From Mycobacterium leprae TN (lineage in GTDB: Bacteria > Actinomycetota > Actinomycetes > Mycobacteriales > Mycobacteriaceae), in contig NC_002677.1 of the NCBI RefSeq assembly GCF_000195855.1, positions 2,070,001 to 2,102,000 on the forward strand: a DNA stretch of 32,000 nucleotides, given 5' to 3'. A program made the translations under genes and the position numbers. The notes beneath the pieces were generated by a model. It worked only from the letters and a program-made list of their open reading frames with translations. It was not told where the DNA came from and ran no database searches. This document shows, piece by piece, positions 21,600 through 31,699 of the stretch (positions are counted from its first letter, which is position 1; the number at the start of each line of letters is the position of its first letter).

Positions 21600-21648
21600 T
21601 CACACGCTCTAGTCAGCTGACAGTCTTCTTACTGTACTTAGACCTTAA

Positions 21649-21696
21649 ACACTACCCTTGGGGTCCGACATAACGCCGCAACACAAGAAGTAGTGT
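21649..21696. promoter_or_regulatory. Candidate tandem NrdR boxes upstream of nrdF
   Basis: acactacccttggggt (21649..21664) and acacaagaagtagtgt (21681..21696) start 32 bp apart, 59-106 bp upstream of the nrdF start. They resemble the 16-bp NrdR-box palindrome (acaCwAtATaTwGtgt, recalled). The second box is the better match. Confidence 0.5.
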
Positions 21697-21824
21697 TTTG
21701 CGTGTCGACTAGCCCAGCCACCTAATTAGCCACCGTGAGCGGCGCATGCCGGTGCGATGCCCATCCCCACTCCAAAGAATTGGTACTCCGTGGGCTTGAC
21801 CGAGCGGGTCCCACCCCAGTACTG

Positions 21825-23298
21825 TCAAGTGTAACTGCCCCAAAGCACGGTGTTCTTGCCATGTTCATCGAGATACCAGCTACTGCAACCGCCGCTGTTC
21901 CACACCGAGTTAGCCAGATTGCCTTCCAGTTCGTCGTTGAAACGGTCCTGCGCAGCACGCGTCGGAGCCAGCGCCTGTGCGCCTAACCGATCGCACGTCG
22001 CGATCGCGTCGACGACGTAGCGGATTTGGGATTCGATCATGAACACGACGGAGTTGTGCCCTAGTCCGGTGTTAGGTCCCAGCAAGAAGAACAAATTAGG
22101 CATATCAGCGACGGTGATCCCGCGGTGAGCGGCAATGCCCTCACGGTTCCAGCGATCTACCAAATCCTCACCGTGGCATCCTTTGATCTGGACATAGGTG
22201 TAGGACTCGGTGGCATGAAAACCGGTACCGTAGACGATCACGTCCACTTCTCGGAAGAACGCACGGCCAGTACCGTCGACAGTGACGATTCCGTCGCGCG
22301 TGATTCGGCTTATGGCCTCGGTCACTAAATTCAGTCTTCGGGTTAGCGACCGCCCGTTAATAACTGGAAGAATTCAGGATTCGCTTGCACCCGACGCGGT
22401 AGTGCGGAACTAGCTTACGACTCAGCTCGGGGTCTTTCACCGAGTGGCGGATGTTCCATTTGGCGAGAGCTTCGATGACCTTGAGTGTGTTCGGTCGCTT
22501 TGTCATGCCGTACGCCAACGCCTCATGCGCCCAGTAGATACCGGCACGCAGCAAGGCCCGTAGTCCCGGAACATTCGTCAGAACACGCTGCAGCCACAAT
22601 GGCAATTCTACGTTAATGCGCGGCACCACCCAGGGTGGGGTGCGTTGATAGAGTTGGAGTTCGGCAACCTGGTAGACGATCTCCGGCACGATTTGGATCG
22701 CGCTGGCGCCAGTCCCGATCATCGCCACCCGCTTTCCAGTCAAATCCACACCGTGATCCCAGTGCGCGGAATGGAAAGCGGTGCCGCGGAATTCGTCACG
22801 GCCTTCGATGTCAGGGATCGACGGGATATGCAGCGCACCGCCCCCCGAGATCAAGAACTGGGCAACGTATTCTCGCTCATCGGAAGTGAACACATGCCAC
22901 CGGTACTCGTCCTCGTCCCAGTGGCCACGATCTACCAGCGAGTTGAAAACTATGTAACGACGCAGTTCGTATTTCTCGGTCACTCCCTTGAGGTAGTCCC
23001 AGATCTCAGGTTGGTAGGAAAACAAGTGTTTCCAATCTGGCTTGGGCTCGAATGAGAAGGAATACAGGTGAGATGGGATGTCGCATGCACAGCCGGGGTA
23101 ACTGTTGTCCCGCCACGTACCGCCGATGTCGTCGACTTTTTCCAGGATCACCAAGTCGACGCCTTGCCGTTGCAACGCAATCGCCATCCCCAGACCAGAA
23201 AACCCGGTACCAATAATGAGAGCACGGGTATGCACCAACTGATGACCCTCGATCCCCAGCTCGGCATGAGTGTCCGGTCGAGTCCCGGCATTTGTCAC
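21825..23298 (-). pseudogene. Baeyer-Villiger-type flavin monooxygenase (Rv3049c-like), frameshifted and probably truncated
   Basis: The N-terminal 313-aa ORF (22357..23298) has FAD GTGFSGLG, the BVMO fingerprint FRGTAFHSAHWD and NADP IGTGASAIQ. It stops after GCKRILNSSSY. Homology resumes as ISRITRDGIVTVDG in ORF 21825..22325, which is in a different frame (end coordinates 23298 and 22325 differ modulo 3). Confidence 0.8.
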
Positions 23299-23449
23299 GT
23301 TGGATCAGTCTTCCTATGGAAACCTGTGCGCGACATGCGCATTTTTAGCCTAGGCATCTAGCTGTCACAAATATCCGGTACCCGGGGTATCGTACACAAA
23401 TTTCAATATGATTTTTCGATCATCGTAACGATGTCAACACCGTCAATGC

Positions 23450-24160
23450 TCAGCTCGCGGAGCGATCGAGTGGTACCGCATCGTGGATCGGCCGATCAGG
23501 ATTCATCGAGATGCCAAGCGTCTCTGCGGTTCCGACGATGACGGCCATCATGATGATCGTCAGATGCGCGACGAACTGCTCACGTGGCATCCGCCGCGGG
23601 CTATCGGGTTCGGGACCCAACCACCACTCTGTGGCCGACGCAACCGATCCGAAGGCGGCGAACGCGGCAAGTTCGCTAGCCGCGCGGTTTAGCTCCATTT
23701 CCCGCAGCTCGTTGTTGAACATCTCGGCCATGGTCAGGGTGATTTCGCGGCCTTCGTCGAGGGTCCGAACTGTTGCCTCGGACTGCGCCGAGAAACGGCC
23801 TTGGATGAAAACCCGCAACACATTGGGATGTTTGTCGACGAGGCTGACATATTCGTCGACGCTGCGCCGGATGATTTCGCGAGCCGAGTCGGTAGCTAAG
23901 TCGATAGCCGGAAAGATCGCCGCCCACAGCATGTCACGCAGACGTATGCCGATAGCTTCGAACAGATCGGACTTGTCGGTGAAGTGCCGGTAGATCTTGG
24001 GCTTAGCGGTTCCGGCCTCTTCGGCGATTTCCCGCACACTGACCTCAGGCCCCAGCCGGTCGAGAGCGCGGAAAGCCGCATCGACGATTTCGCCGCGCAC
24101 CTTCTTACGGTGTTCACGCCAACGTTCACTGCGTGCGTCGATCTTCACCCCGGGTTTCAT
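23450..24160 (-). CDS. TetR-family transcriptional regulator, Rv3050c-like
   Basis: The six-frame ORF runs to 24424, but that extension overlaps the nrdE 3' end. The homologous start is MKPGVKIDARSERWREHRKK at ATG 24158..24160, giving 236 aa. The HTH is VSVREIAEEAGTAKPKIYRHFTDKSDLF. Confidence 0.85.
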   Translation of the reverse strand: MKPGVKIDARSERWREHRKKVRGEIVDAAFRALDRLGPEVSVREIAEEAGTAKPKIYRHFTDKSDLFEAIGIRLRDMLWAAIFPAIDLATDSAREIIRRSVDEYVSLVDKHPNVLRVFIQGRFSAQSEATVRTLDEGREITLTMAEMFNNELREMELNRAASELAAFAAFGSVASATEWWLGPEPDSPRRMPREQFVAHLTIIMMAVIVGTAETLGISMNPDRPIHDAVPLDRSAS

Positions 24161-24254
24161 GCTGGGATAGGATAGGCTAATTCTCCCCACGTCAAATACC
24201 TTACCGGATCGCACATGCTGACCCGCACAGCCCGACCACTTCAACGGCTTGCGG

Positions 24255-24304
24255 GTATGGATACTGCGACGGGTCACGGACGTATCGCGTCGCAGTATCC
24301 ATAC
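24255..24304 (-). terminator. 17-bp perfect inverted repeat (stem-loop) 20 nt downstream of the nrdE stop
   Basis: gtatggatactgcgacg (24255..24271) and cgtcgcagtatccatac (24288..24304) flank a 16-nt loop. No U-tract follows on the minus strand. It could instead be an operator for the TetR gene, whose start lies about 95 bp further on. Confidence 0.45.
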
Positions 24305-24323
24305 TCGCGAGGAACCGAGGAAC

Positions 24324-26489
24324 TTACAGCGTGCAAGACACGCAGCCCTCGACTTCGGTGCCTTCCAGCGCCATCTGCCGCAGCCGAATGTAATACAGCG
24401 TCTTGATTCCCTTGCGCCACGCATAAATCTGCGCCTTGTTCACGTCCCGGGTGGTGGCGGTGTCTTTGAAGAACAACGTCAGTGAGAGCCCTTGGTCGAC
24501 GTGCTGGGTGGCCGCCGCGTATGTGTCGATGATCTTCTGGTACCCGATCTCATAAGCGTCCTGGTAGTACTGCAGATTGTCATTGGTCATATAGGGCGCC
24601 GGATAGTAAACTCGGCCAATTTTTCCTTCCTTACGGATCTCAACTTTCGACACGATCGGGTGGATCGACGACGTCGAATGGTTGATATAGGAGATCGATC
24701 CGGTCGGCGGCACCGCCTGCAGGTTCTGGTTGTAGATGCCGTGTGCGACCACCAACTCCTTCAGCCGCTTCCAGTCGTTTTGGGTCGGAATACGGATCGC
24801 TGCCTCAGCGAATAACTGACGCACTTTATCGGTCTTCGGCTCCCACGTCTGCTCGATGTATTTGTCGAAGAACTCTCCCGACGCGTACTTGGACCGCTCG
24901 AAACCTTTGAAGAAGGTACCTCGTTCGATCGCGATAGAGTTCGAAGCCAGCAACACGTGAAACAACACCGTATAGAAGTAAATGTTGGTGAAATCGACTC
25001 CCTCTTCGGAACCGTAGAAGATTCCTTCACGGGACAAGTAGCCATGCAGGTTCATCTGCCCCAGCCCGATCGCGTGGGAATCATTGTTACCCTGCTCGAT
25101 CGAGGGCACCGACTTGATGTGCGTCTGGTCGCTCACCGCAGTCAACGCGCGAATCGCCACCTCAACCGTCTGCGCGAAATCCGGTGAGTCCATCGTCTTG
25201 GCAATGTTCAGCGATCCCAGGTTACATGAAATGTCCTTGCCCACTTTGGCATACGACAAGTCGTCGTTAAACAACGACGGCGTGGACACCTGCAGGATCT
25301 CCGAGCATAGATTCGAGTGAGTGATCTTACCTTCAATGGGGTTGGCCCGGTTCACCGTGTCCTCGAACATGACATAGGGGTAACCGGACTCGAACTGCAG
25401 CTCGGCCAGCTTCTGGAAAAACTCCCGCGCCTTGATCTTGGTCTTGCGGATGCGTGCGTCATCGAGCATCTCATAATACTTCTCAGTCACCGAAATATCG
25501 GCGAACGGCACCTCGTAAACCCGCTCGACGTCGTACGACGAGAACAGGTACATGTCTTCGTTACGCTTAGCCAGCTCAAAGGTGATGTCGGGAATTATCA
25601 CCCCCAGGCTCAGCGTCTTGATCCGGATCTTCTCGTCGGCATTCTCCCGCTTAGTGTCCAAGAAGCGGTAGATGTCAGGGTGATGAGCATGCAGGTACAC
25701 CGCACCAGCGCCTTGGCGGGCGCCCAACTGATTGGCATACGAGAACGCATCTTCAAGCAACTTCATGATCGGAATTACGCCCGAAGACTGGTGTTCGATG
25801 TTCTTGATCGGTGCACCATGCTCACGAATGTTGCTCAGCAGCAAAGCAACTCCTCCGCCACGCTTGGATAGCTGTAGCGCGGAGTTGACCGATCGCCCGA
25901 TCGACTCCATGTTATCCTCAATGCGCAGCAAAAAACAGCTCACCGGTTCGCCGCGTTGTTTCTTGCCCGAGTTCAAAAAAGTTGGGGTAGCTGGCTGGAA
26001 TCGGCCGTCGATGATCTCGTCGACGAGCTTCTCGGCCAAGCCGGTGTCACCGGCCGCCAACGTGAGTGCGACCATGCAGACCCGGTCTTCGAGGCGCTCT
26101 AAATACCGCTTCCCGTCGAACGTCTTCAGCGTGTAAGAGGTATAATACTTGAACGCACCAAGAAACGTTGAGAACCGAAACTTCTTGGCGTAGGCACGAT
26201 CCAGCAGCGACTTGACAAAGTTACGCGAGTACTGATCGAGCACCTCACGCTCGTAGTAATTCTCGCGGATCAGATAGTCCAGCTTCTCGTCCTGGTTATG
26301 GAAAAAGACCGTGTTCTGATTGACATGCTGCAGGAAGAATTGGCGGGCCGCGAGTACGTCCTTGTCGAATTGGATCTTGCCGTCCGCATCGTACAGATTC
26401 AACATCGCGTTGAGCGCGTGGTAGTCTGTTTCATTGGACAACATGTGAGTGCTGGCGGTTACCGGCTCTGCAGTGGCGGTTGGTGGCAC
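24324..26489 (-). CDS. nrdE: Class Ib ribonucleotide reductase alpha subunit
   Basis: 721-aa ORF with active-site THSNLCSEI, a C-terminal redox pair CVSC, and strong family-wide similarity. The start may be an internal Met (M16). The longest ORF start abuts the nrdI stop. Confidence 0.97.
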   Translation of the reverse strand: MPPTATAEPVTASTHMLSNETDYHALNAMLNLYDADGKIQFDKDVLAARQFFLQHVNQNTVFFHNQDEKLDYLIRENYYEREVLDQYSRNFVKSLLDRAYAKKFRFSTFLGAFKYYTSYTLKTFDGKRYLERLEDRVCMVALTLAAGDTGLAEKLVDEIIDGRFQPATPTFLNSGKKQRGEPVSCFLLRIEDNMESIGRSVNSALQLSKRGGGVALLLSNIREHGAPIKNIEHQSSGVIPIMKLLEDAFSYANQLGARQGAGAVYLHAHHPDIYRFLDTKRENADEKIRIKTLSLGVIIPDITFELAKRNEDMYLFSSYDVERVYEVPFADISVTEKYYEMLDDARIRKTKIKAREFFQKLAELQFESGYPYVMFEDTVNRANPIEGKITHSNLCSEILQVSTPSLFNDDLSYAKVGKDISCNLGSLNIAKTMDSPDFAQTVEVAIRALTAVSDQTHIKSVPSIEQGNNDSHAIGLGQMNLHGYLSREGIFYGSEEGVDFTNIYFYTVLFHVLLASNSIAIERGTFFKGFERSKYASGEFFDKYIEQTWEPKTDKVRQLFAEAAIRIPTQNDWKRLKELVVAHGIYNQNLQAVPPTGSISYINHSTSSIHPIVSKVEIRKEGKIGRVYYPAPYMTNDNLQYYQDAYEIGYQKIIDTYAAATQHVDQGLSLTLFFKDTATTRDVNKAQIYAWRKGIKTLYYIRLRQMALEGTEVEGCVSCTL

Positions 26490-26930
26490 CTAATGTTCCT
26501 TCCACAAATTGGCCAAGCCCGCTCGGACAGCAGTGACGTCGTCCTCGGTACCCATCAATTCGAAGCGGTAGAGGTAGGGAACACCGCATTTGCGAGCAAC
26601 GACATCGCCGGCATAGCAAAATTCTGCGCCGAAGTTGGTGTTGCCGGCCGCGACCACCCCGCATATTAGTGCTCGATTGTACTCGTTGTTCAAAAAGGCG
26701 ATGACCTGCTTGGGGACATAGCCGCCTGCTTGAAGATCCGGAGCGGTCCGGCCGCCACCATACGTGGGCAACACCAATACATAGGGATCGCTGACCTCGA
26801 TACGACTATGCAATGGTATCCGCATGGCGGGAACACCCAGCTTCTGCACGAAGCGATGAGTATTCTCCGACACCGAAGAGAAATAGACCAAGTTGTGCGC
26901 CTGCACCGCAACCTCCTTACCTATAGTCAT
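26490..26930 (-). CDS. nrdI: Flavodoxin-like NrdI
   Basis: 146-aa ORF with NrdI motifs ([17 protein letters not shown]; VLPTYGGG; GNTNFG). It sits between nrdH and nrdE. Confidence 0.9.
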
Positions 26931-26934
26931 CTGG

Positions 26935-27177
26935 CTACGCGGTCAGCACGGCCCCGGCGAGTGCCTTGATGCGATCGGGCCGGAAACCCGACCAGTGGTT
27001 GTTTCCGGCCACCACAACCGGCGCCTGCAAGTAACCCAACGCCATCACGTAGTCACGCGCCTCAGAATCGAGGCTGATGTCGACCGTCTGGTAGGGGATA
27101 CCTTGTTTATCCAGCGCCTTGTAAGTGGCACTACACTGCACACACGCGGGCTTGGTGTACACGGTGATGTTCATCAC
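26935..27177 (-). CDS. nrdH: Glutaredoxin-like NrdH-redoxin
   Basis: 80-aa [25 protein letters not shown], with the CVQC redox motif and WSGFRPD. An aaggag RBS lies about 10 nt upstream on the minus strand. Confidence 0.9.
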   Translation of the reverse strand: MMNITVYTKPACVQCSATYKALDKQGIPYQTVDISLDSEARDYVMALGYLQAPVVVAGNNHWSGFRPDRIKALAGAVLTA

Positions 27178-27381
27178 AGAAATACCGCTCCTTTGCGAAA
27201 GTTGGAAAGGCTATATGGACTGGCAACTACTCAGGTACAACGTGTGCTGTGTTCAGCGGTCCGCCAAGCCCCAAGATTCCCGTCGTGCGGCCGCCCACAT
27301 CACCTGACCTGGCGATACCGATTCTGGAACGATCACCTGCCTGGTTAGCGTAGTGAACCTGGGATCTGCCGGCACCTTAAA

Positions 27382-27397
27382 ACACTACACCTAGTGG
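27382..27397. promoter_or_regulatory. Candidate NrdR box upstream of nrdH-nrdI-nrdE
   Basis: acactacacctagtgg is a near-palindrome (ACACTA....TAGTGg) about 205 bp upstream of the nrdH ATG. It shares the flanking string ccttaaa(a)cactac with the nrdF upstream box. No second box at the canonical spacing is clearly recognisable. Confidence 0.45.
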
Positions 27398-27568
27398 GTG
27401 GCAAGGAGAATAGATACAAGATGTTCTGAACAACAGTTACGAAATTCCCTGGTAGTCAGCCATGCCCTGCGAACCATCCGGCGTGTCGGAACTTACATAT
27501 AGTCGCCCAACAATCACCACAGGCGCCCATCCGCATCGGTATAGCACTGGCCACCGACAAGACTGGTG

Positions 27569-28220
27569 TCAACGGCACGCCCCTTGTAGCCAGCAAAGCT
27601 GCCAACGGCAACTGGCGGCTCTGCCGCTCACCCAATGTGTCCAGCTCACCTGGGCAGCAAGCTTACCGACGATGTCACACAGCTTTGCATAAATCTCGCG
27701 GCTGTCCGCGGGAGCCTTGCCCGCCAAGGACAGAAACGGCACGGACAACGTAATTTCGTCGATCACGTTCGAGCTGGCTATGCCGAACGACTTGTGCGCC
27801 TCGTCGCGCGCCCACACACCACCGTATTGATCCACTGACACAACACCACTAGCGGCTTGTTCTTCACCGCGCCATCGCCAAATGGTCGTGACAGCTAGTC
27901 GACCGCATTCTTGACCATCGCGAGGGTACTGCCGTTGTATTCCGGGATGACAACCAGGACACTATCCTCGTCAGTTGCGACTTCTCGCAACGCCGTCACC
28001 GAAACCGGCACAAGTGTCGGTATGTCGATGTCCTCATTATCATTATACAACGGCAACGCCCCCAGCCCCTCAACCACCGTGACGGTGAAGCCGTCCGGGG
28101 GCAACCCTTATGTCCAAGTCGGCCATAAGGTGGTTGATCGACGCTACGCACAGGCTTCCACTACACTAAGACGTTGATGTTAGAGTCCTCCGGCACCATT
28201 CCATTCTCTTCGTAGGCCAT
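27569..28220 (-). pseudogene. NADPH-dependent FMN reductase-like protein (Rv3054c-like), stop and frameshifts
   Basis: The minus strand from ATG 28218..28220 reads MAYEENGMVPEDSNINVLV(stop). ORF 27895..28104 then contains VLVVIPEYNGSTLAMVKNAVD (family motif PEYNgs...KNaiDw). The C-terminal part lies in another frame (27569..27841). Confidence 0.6.
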
Positions 28221-28324
28221 GGGCTGACCTTCAGCCTTGGATATACAAAAGGGACCTACGGTCCGTTTTTTCCAACCACGTTACAGTACAATTTATGGGA
28301 TCCATGGCGAGCGATTGAATAGAA

Positions 28325-28917
28325 TTGGCTCTGTCCGCTTCAGCAGAGCTCCCACAAGAGCGCAGTGACGCGGCCCGTAATCGCGCACTATTGTTGCAGG
28401 TGGCCCACCGCTTGGTCACCACACACGGTGCGGATGCTGTCACCATGGACGACGTCGGCGTCGGCAAAGACACGCTATTCAGCCAGTTCGACAGCCGAGC
28501 CAGCCTGATGATGGTGCTGCTCGAAGCGGACGAGCGCGCTAGCCAGCAGACGTTCCTATCAGACATGTTCCTATTCGGAGCGCTGCCGTTGGACCCGATG
28601 CGCCCCTATGGATCGACTAGTCGCGTTCAGACGAGAGCGGATCTGCTTCGCCCATACCCACCACGCGCTGTGCTGTTGGCAGCCAACCGCGACCCGCTTA
28701 CCCGCCACGTTAGGGCGGCCGCGGTGTAGCGCACCCATGTGCGGGTACTTTTGCAGTCAGCAAAGAACACTGGCAACCTCGATGGCCAGACCGACGCCCT
28801 GCTAGCGCTGCTCGACGCCGACTACGTAGAACATCAATTGAACTATAGCAGTCACACCTGGAAACTTTGGGCCAGGCGTGGGAGAGTCTGGTGCGCAAGC
28901 TGTGCGGACAGTGACTA
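28325..28917 (+). pseudogene. TetR-family regulator (Rv3055-like), internal deletion and frameshifts
   Basis: The N-terminus reads ERSDAARNRALLLQVAHRLVTTHGADAVTMDDVGVGKDTLFSQF. The HTH looks shortened (the expected A..AGV before GKGTLF is missing). The C-terminal piece LLALLDADYVEHQL...(stop near 28915) is in another frame. Confidence 0.6.
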
Positions 28918-29899
28918 ACTCGGTCCTGCGATGTCTACCTCGACCAATTTTTGGCGTCGGTCGAGCTTCGCTACCACTACGAAGTGACCGAGCTGTCAGT
29001 CGTCGTCGGCGCCGACTATTCAACCTCAACCGAACCACCTCAAGATCGTCACCTGCGACTAACATGAGACCCGCGAATTCGGTTGTGCACACGAGTAGGT
29101 CACTACGGCCGTCCGCTCGGTGCTGCCCCGGCCACATTTTTAGGGTCCGATCCGGCCGCCTACGACCACGTTATGGAATTGTTGCGCGACTTGGTACACC
29201 CGGGCAGAGGTCTGGGGCTGGACGAAGCTTATGCCGAGTTGACCGCAGCCGAGACAGCTCAGGACACTGAAGGTACCGAGCCACATCCACGCCGTCATCT
29301 TCTCGGAAACCGGGCTATCCTGCTAAGTCGGCCATCAGCGACAACAAACAGCATGTCAAGGTCTCCACTGGCTTGGCGAAACCGGCCGGGATCTTTACCA
29401 TCACCTACGCGAACGGGATGACCCTGACAGCCACCCGACCTGTCGAAAAATTGTGGACTGTGGGATAGTCGAGCCTAGGATCGCGAAAAATCTTGAAGCC
29501 CTTGGGAGAATAACGGCGCGGCAGCTTGTACACAGCGACAGCGAGTTGCTGACTTCCACCTTCGGTCCGCTAACCGGCTTGTGTCTGCCGCTGCTCGCTG
29601 AGGGGGTGGCCACACCGCGGTCAAGTGCACAATCATGGATTCCGCACTCTTGCAGCCACATAGTCACCTTTCCACGTGACCTCACTGAACGAATCGAAAT
29701 GGATTTGGCGGTAAAGGAATTAGTGCAGCGAGCGCTGACCAATGTGGTAGCTTCATCTCGAACAGTAACCCAAGTGGCGGTCACCGTGCTCACCGCAATT
29801 TTCTACGCCAACAACAAGATCCGCAAGTTAGACGCGCACACCACACCATCCCAACACCACCACCACCGCGACATTGCGCGTACTGGGTTTATGGCGTAG
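28915..29899 (+). pseudogene. dinP: DNA polymerase IV (DinB/DinP family, Rv3056-like), many frameshifts
   Basis: Y-family motifs are scattered over three frames: DVYLDQFLASVELR, VVVGAD...TEPP, FLGSDPAAYDHVMELLRDLVHP...GLDEAYAEL, and a C-terminal little-finger-like part, TARQLVHSDSELLTSTFGPLTG...HSCSHIVTFPRDL...VAVTVLTAIFYANNKIRKL. Confidence 0.7.
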
Positions 29900-29980
29900 C
29901 TGGACCGCCCGATCCGATTACTCGGTAGGCGGCTCGAACTCGAGACGCCCCCGTAGCGTCAGCATGGTATCGGTCCGGGT

Positions 29981-30919
29981 TCAATTGCCCGACTTGCCCC
30001 CCTCACCGCTGCGCGGCTGGGAGTACACCCCCACCTTGATCGGCTCCACGCACCGCATCGTCGCCGGACTGGGCCGAAGTGCCCGCGTGAAAACTACGTT
30101 GACTTGCTTCATCACCACTCCGTACGGCCACCACGCCAGCCGCTTGAACCCATACAGCACCCGAATATCGTGCGAGGTGTAGATCAGGTACCGGTTCTTT
30201 GCGACCCCGGCCAAGATCTTCTCGGCGGCCCTTTCCGCTGACACAGCATGACCACGGAAGCGGTCAACCCATCGACTGAACCTCGGGTCCTGGCGGTCAA
30301 CCCCGGCAATTTCGATAGTATCGACTAGCGGCGTCCGTACCGCACCGGGCACCACAACCGACACCCCGATGCGGTACCGGGCTAGGTCGAAGCGCAGCAC
30401 CTCAGAAAGTCCGCGCAATCCGTACTTGCTGGCACTGTAGGCCGCATGCCAGGGCAGGGCGACCAGCCCAGCCGCCGAAGAGACATTGACCAAATGCCCA
30501 CCCCGGCCGGCGGCCAGGATCGCCGGCACGAACGTCTCGATGATGTGGATCGGTCCCATCAGGTTGATCGCGACCACGTTGCTCCACTGGTCGTGGGTGA
30601 GTCGGTCAACAGTCCCCCAGACCGAGACGCCAGCGATATTCATCACGATATCCATGCTGGGATGCCTTGCGTGGATGTCAGCGCCGAATGCCGCCACCTC
30701 GTCGTAGTCGGAAATGTCCAGGGCACGATACTCGGGGACCTGTGCACCGAGAGCCCGTGCTTCGGACACGGTTTGGGCCAAACCATCGCAGTGGCGGTCG
30801 GTCAGATACAGCTCAGCACCGTAGGCGGCGAGCCGCAATGCGGTGGCTCGGCCAATACCACTAGCCGCGCCGGTGACAAAACACCGCTTCCCCACGAAAT
30901 ATTGTGCCGTCTTCACCAT
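29981..30919 (-). CDS. Short-chain dehydrogenase/reductase (SDR), Rv3057c-like
   Basis: Intact 312-aa ORF. It has cofactor motif VTGAASGIGRA, NIAG, and catalytic SSAAG...YSASKYG. Third-position GC stays high to the stop, so the C-terminal tail looks coding. Confidence 0.85.
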   Translation of the reverse strand: MVKTAQYFVGKRCFVTGAASGIGRATALRLAAYGAELYLTDRHCDGLAQTVSEARALGAQVPEYRALDISDYDEVAAFGADIHARHPSMDIVMNIAGVSVWGTVDRLTHDQWSNVVAINLMGPIHIIETFVPAILAAGRGGHLVNVSSAAGLVALPWHAAYSASKYGLRGLSEVLRFDLARYRIGVSVVVPGAVRTPLVDTIEIAGVDRQDPRFSRWVDRFRGHAVSAERAAEKILAGVAKNRYLIYTSHDIRVLYGFKRLAWWPYGVVMKQVNVVFTRALRPSPATMRCVEPIKVGVYSQPRSGEGGKSGN

Positions 30920-31039
30920 GGCTTACCTTTGGCCGCCGCACCATAGAACGTTTAGCCACACCTGCTCGAGCACCCGCACGCAGCGCCCCGTACCACACCA
31001 CTGTCGCAACCGATCAGCATAGGTTAACCGGTCAGCATC

Positions 31040-31530
31040 AGCGCGGCCGGACCCGCCAAGCGTACGGATCAATGCCGAGATGTCTGCACAGATCGGATGC
31101 GCGATCCCCGCGCCTCGAGTAAATCAATGATCTAGCAAAGCACCACTTCAAATTGCCGTTCGAAAATATGTTGGATCTCAATATCGGTGTGGCGGACGAC
31201 AGATGATTACAGGCCGTCATCACCGAGTCGTTGTGTGCGTAGACAACGGCGGCACTGCCCACCATTTGCTTGGCGAACTGCTCGAGTGATTCGCCCGACC
31301 GACGGGGGACGAAATATTAGGTGGACTTTTCGAGTTCTTCGGCTGCCTTCGCCAGAATCTTGGCAAGCACAGCGTACTTGGAGTCGAAATAGGAAGTAAG
31401 AAGCCGGATCGGGTCACCCCGACGCGGTGGCTAATGGTGCTAACCGACAGCTCCAACATGCGACCTCTCCTCCAGAAGCTCACGCGCTGCCTACAGGACC
31501 GCTTGTCGGTGCTTGTGATCATGCTGTCGC
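31040..31530 (-). pseudogene. TetR-family regulator (Rv3058c-like), frameshifts and stop
   Basis: Minus-strand fragments are in different frames: LSVSTI..GVTRSG, then YFDSKYAVLAKILAKAAEELEKST(stop), then MVGSAAVVYAHNDSVMTAC. Confidence 0.5.
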
Positions 31531-31699
31531 ACAGTTGGTATCCCCCCGCTCCTGGCTGCTTAGCTATTCACATTGTAATCATCCCATCTGACCTTGCACC
31601 ATGCCGCTCGAAAAGGAAACTTGACAGCCATCAAACCTGTCCGAAGGATCATTTTTTAGTAACATTGTCATAGCCTGTCCAGGCAGGCAAATGAAGCGT

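Noticed and set aside
23319-23339. Short hairpin tgcgc-gacat-gcgca followed by ttttt, as a possible intrinsic terminator
   Set aside because: The T-run follows the hairpin only on the + strand, whereas all neighbouring genes are transcribed on the minus strand. The stem is only 5 bp.
24161-24424. N-terminal 88-codon extension of the TetR ORF (giving a 324-aa version)
   Set aside because: The extension overlaps the nrdE 3' end and the 17-bp inverted repeat, is R/C/W-rich, and precedes the homologous TetR N-terminus. The start at 24160 is preferred.
25317-25871. 184-aa + strand ORF, plus other + ORFs between 24492 and 26669
   Set aside because: All are antisense to nrdE, which has complete family motifs.
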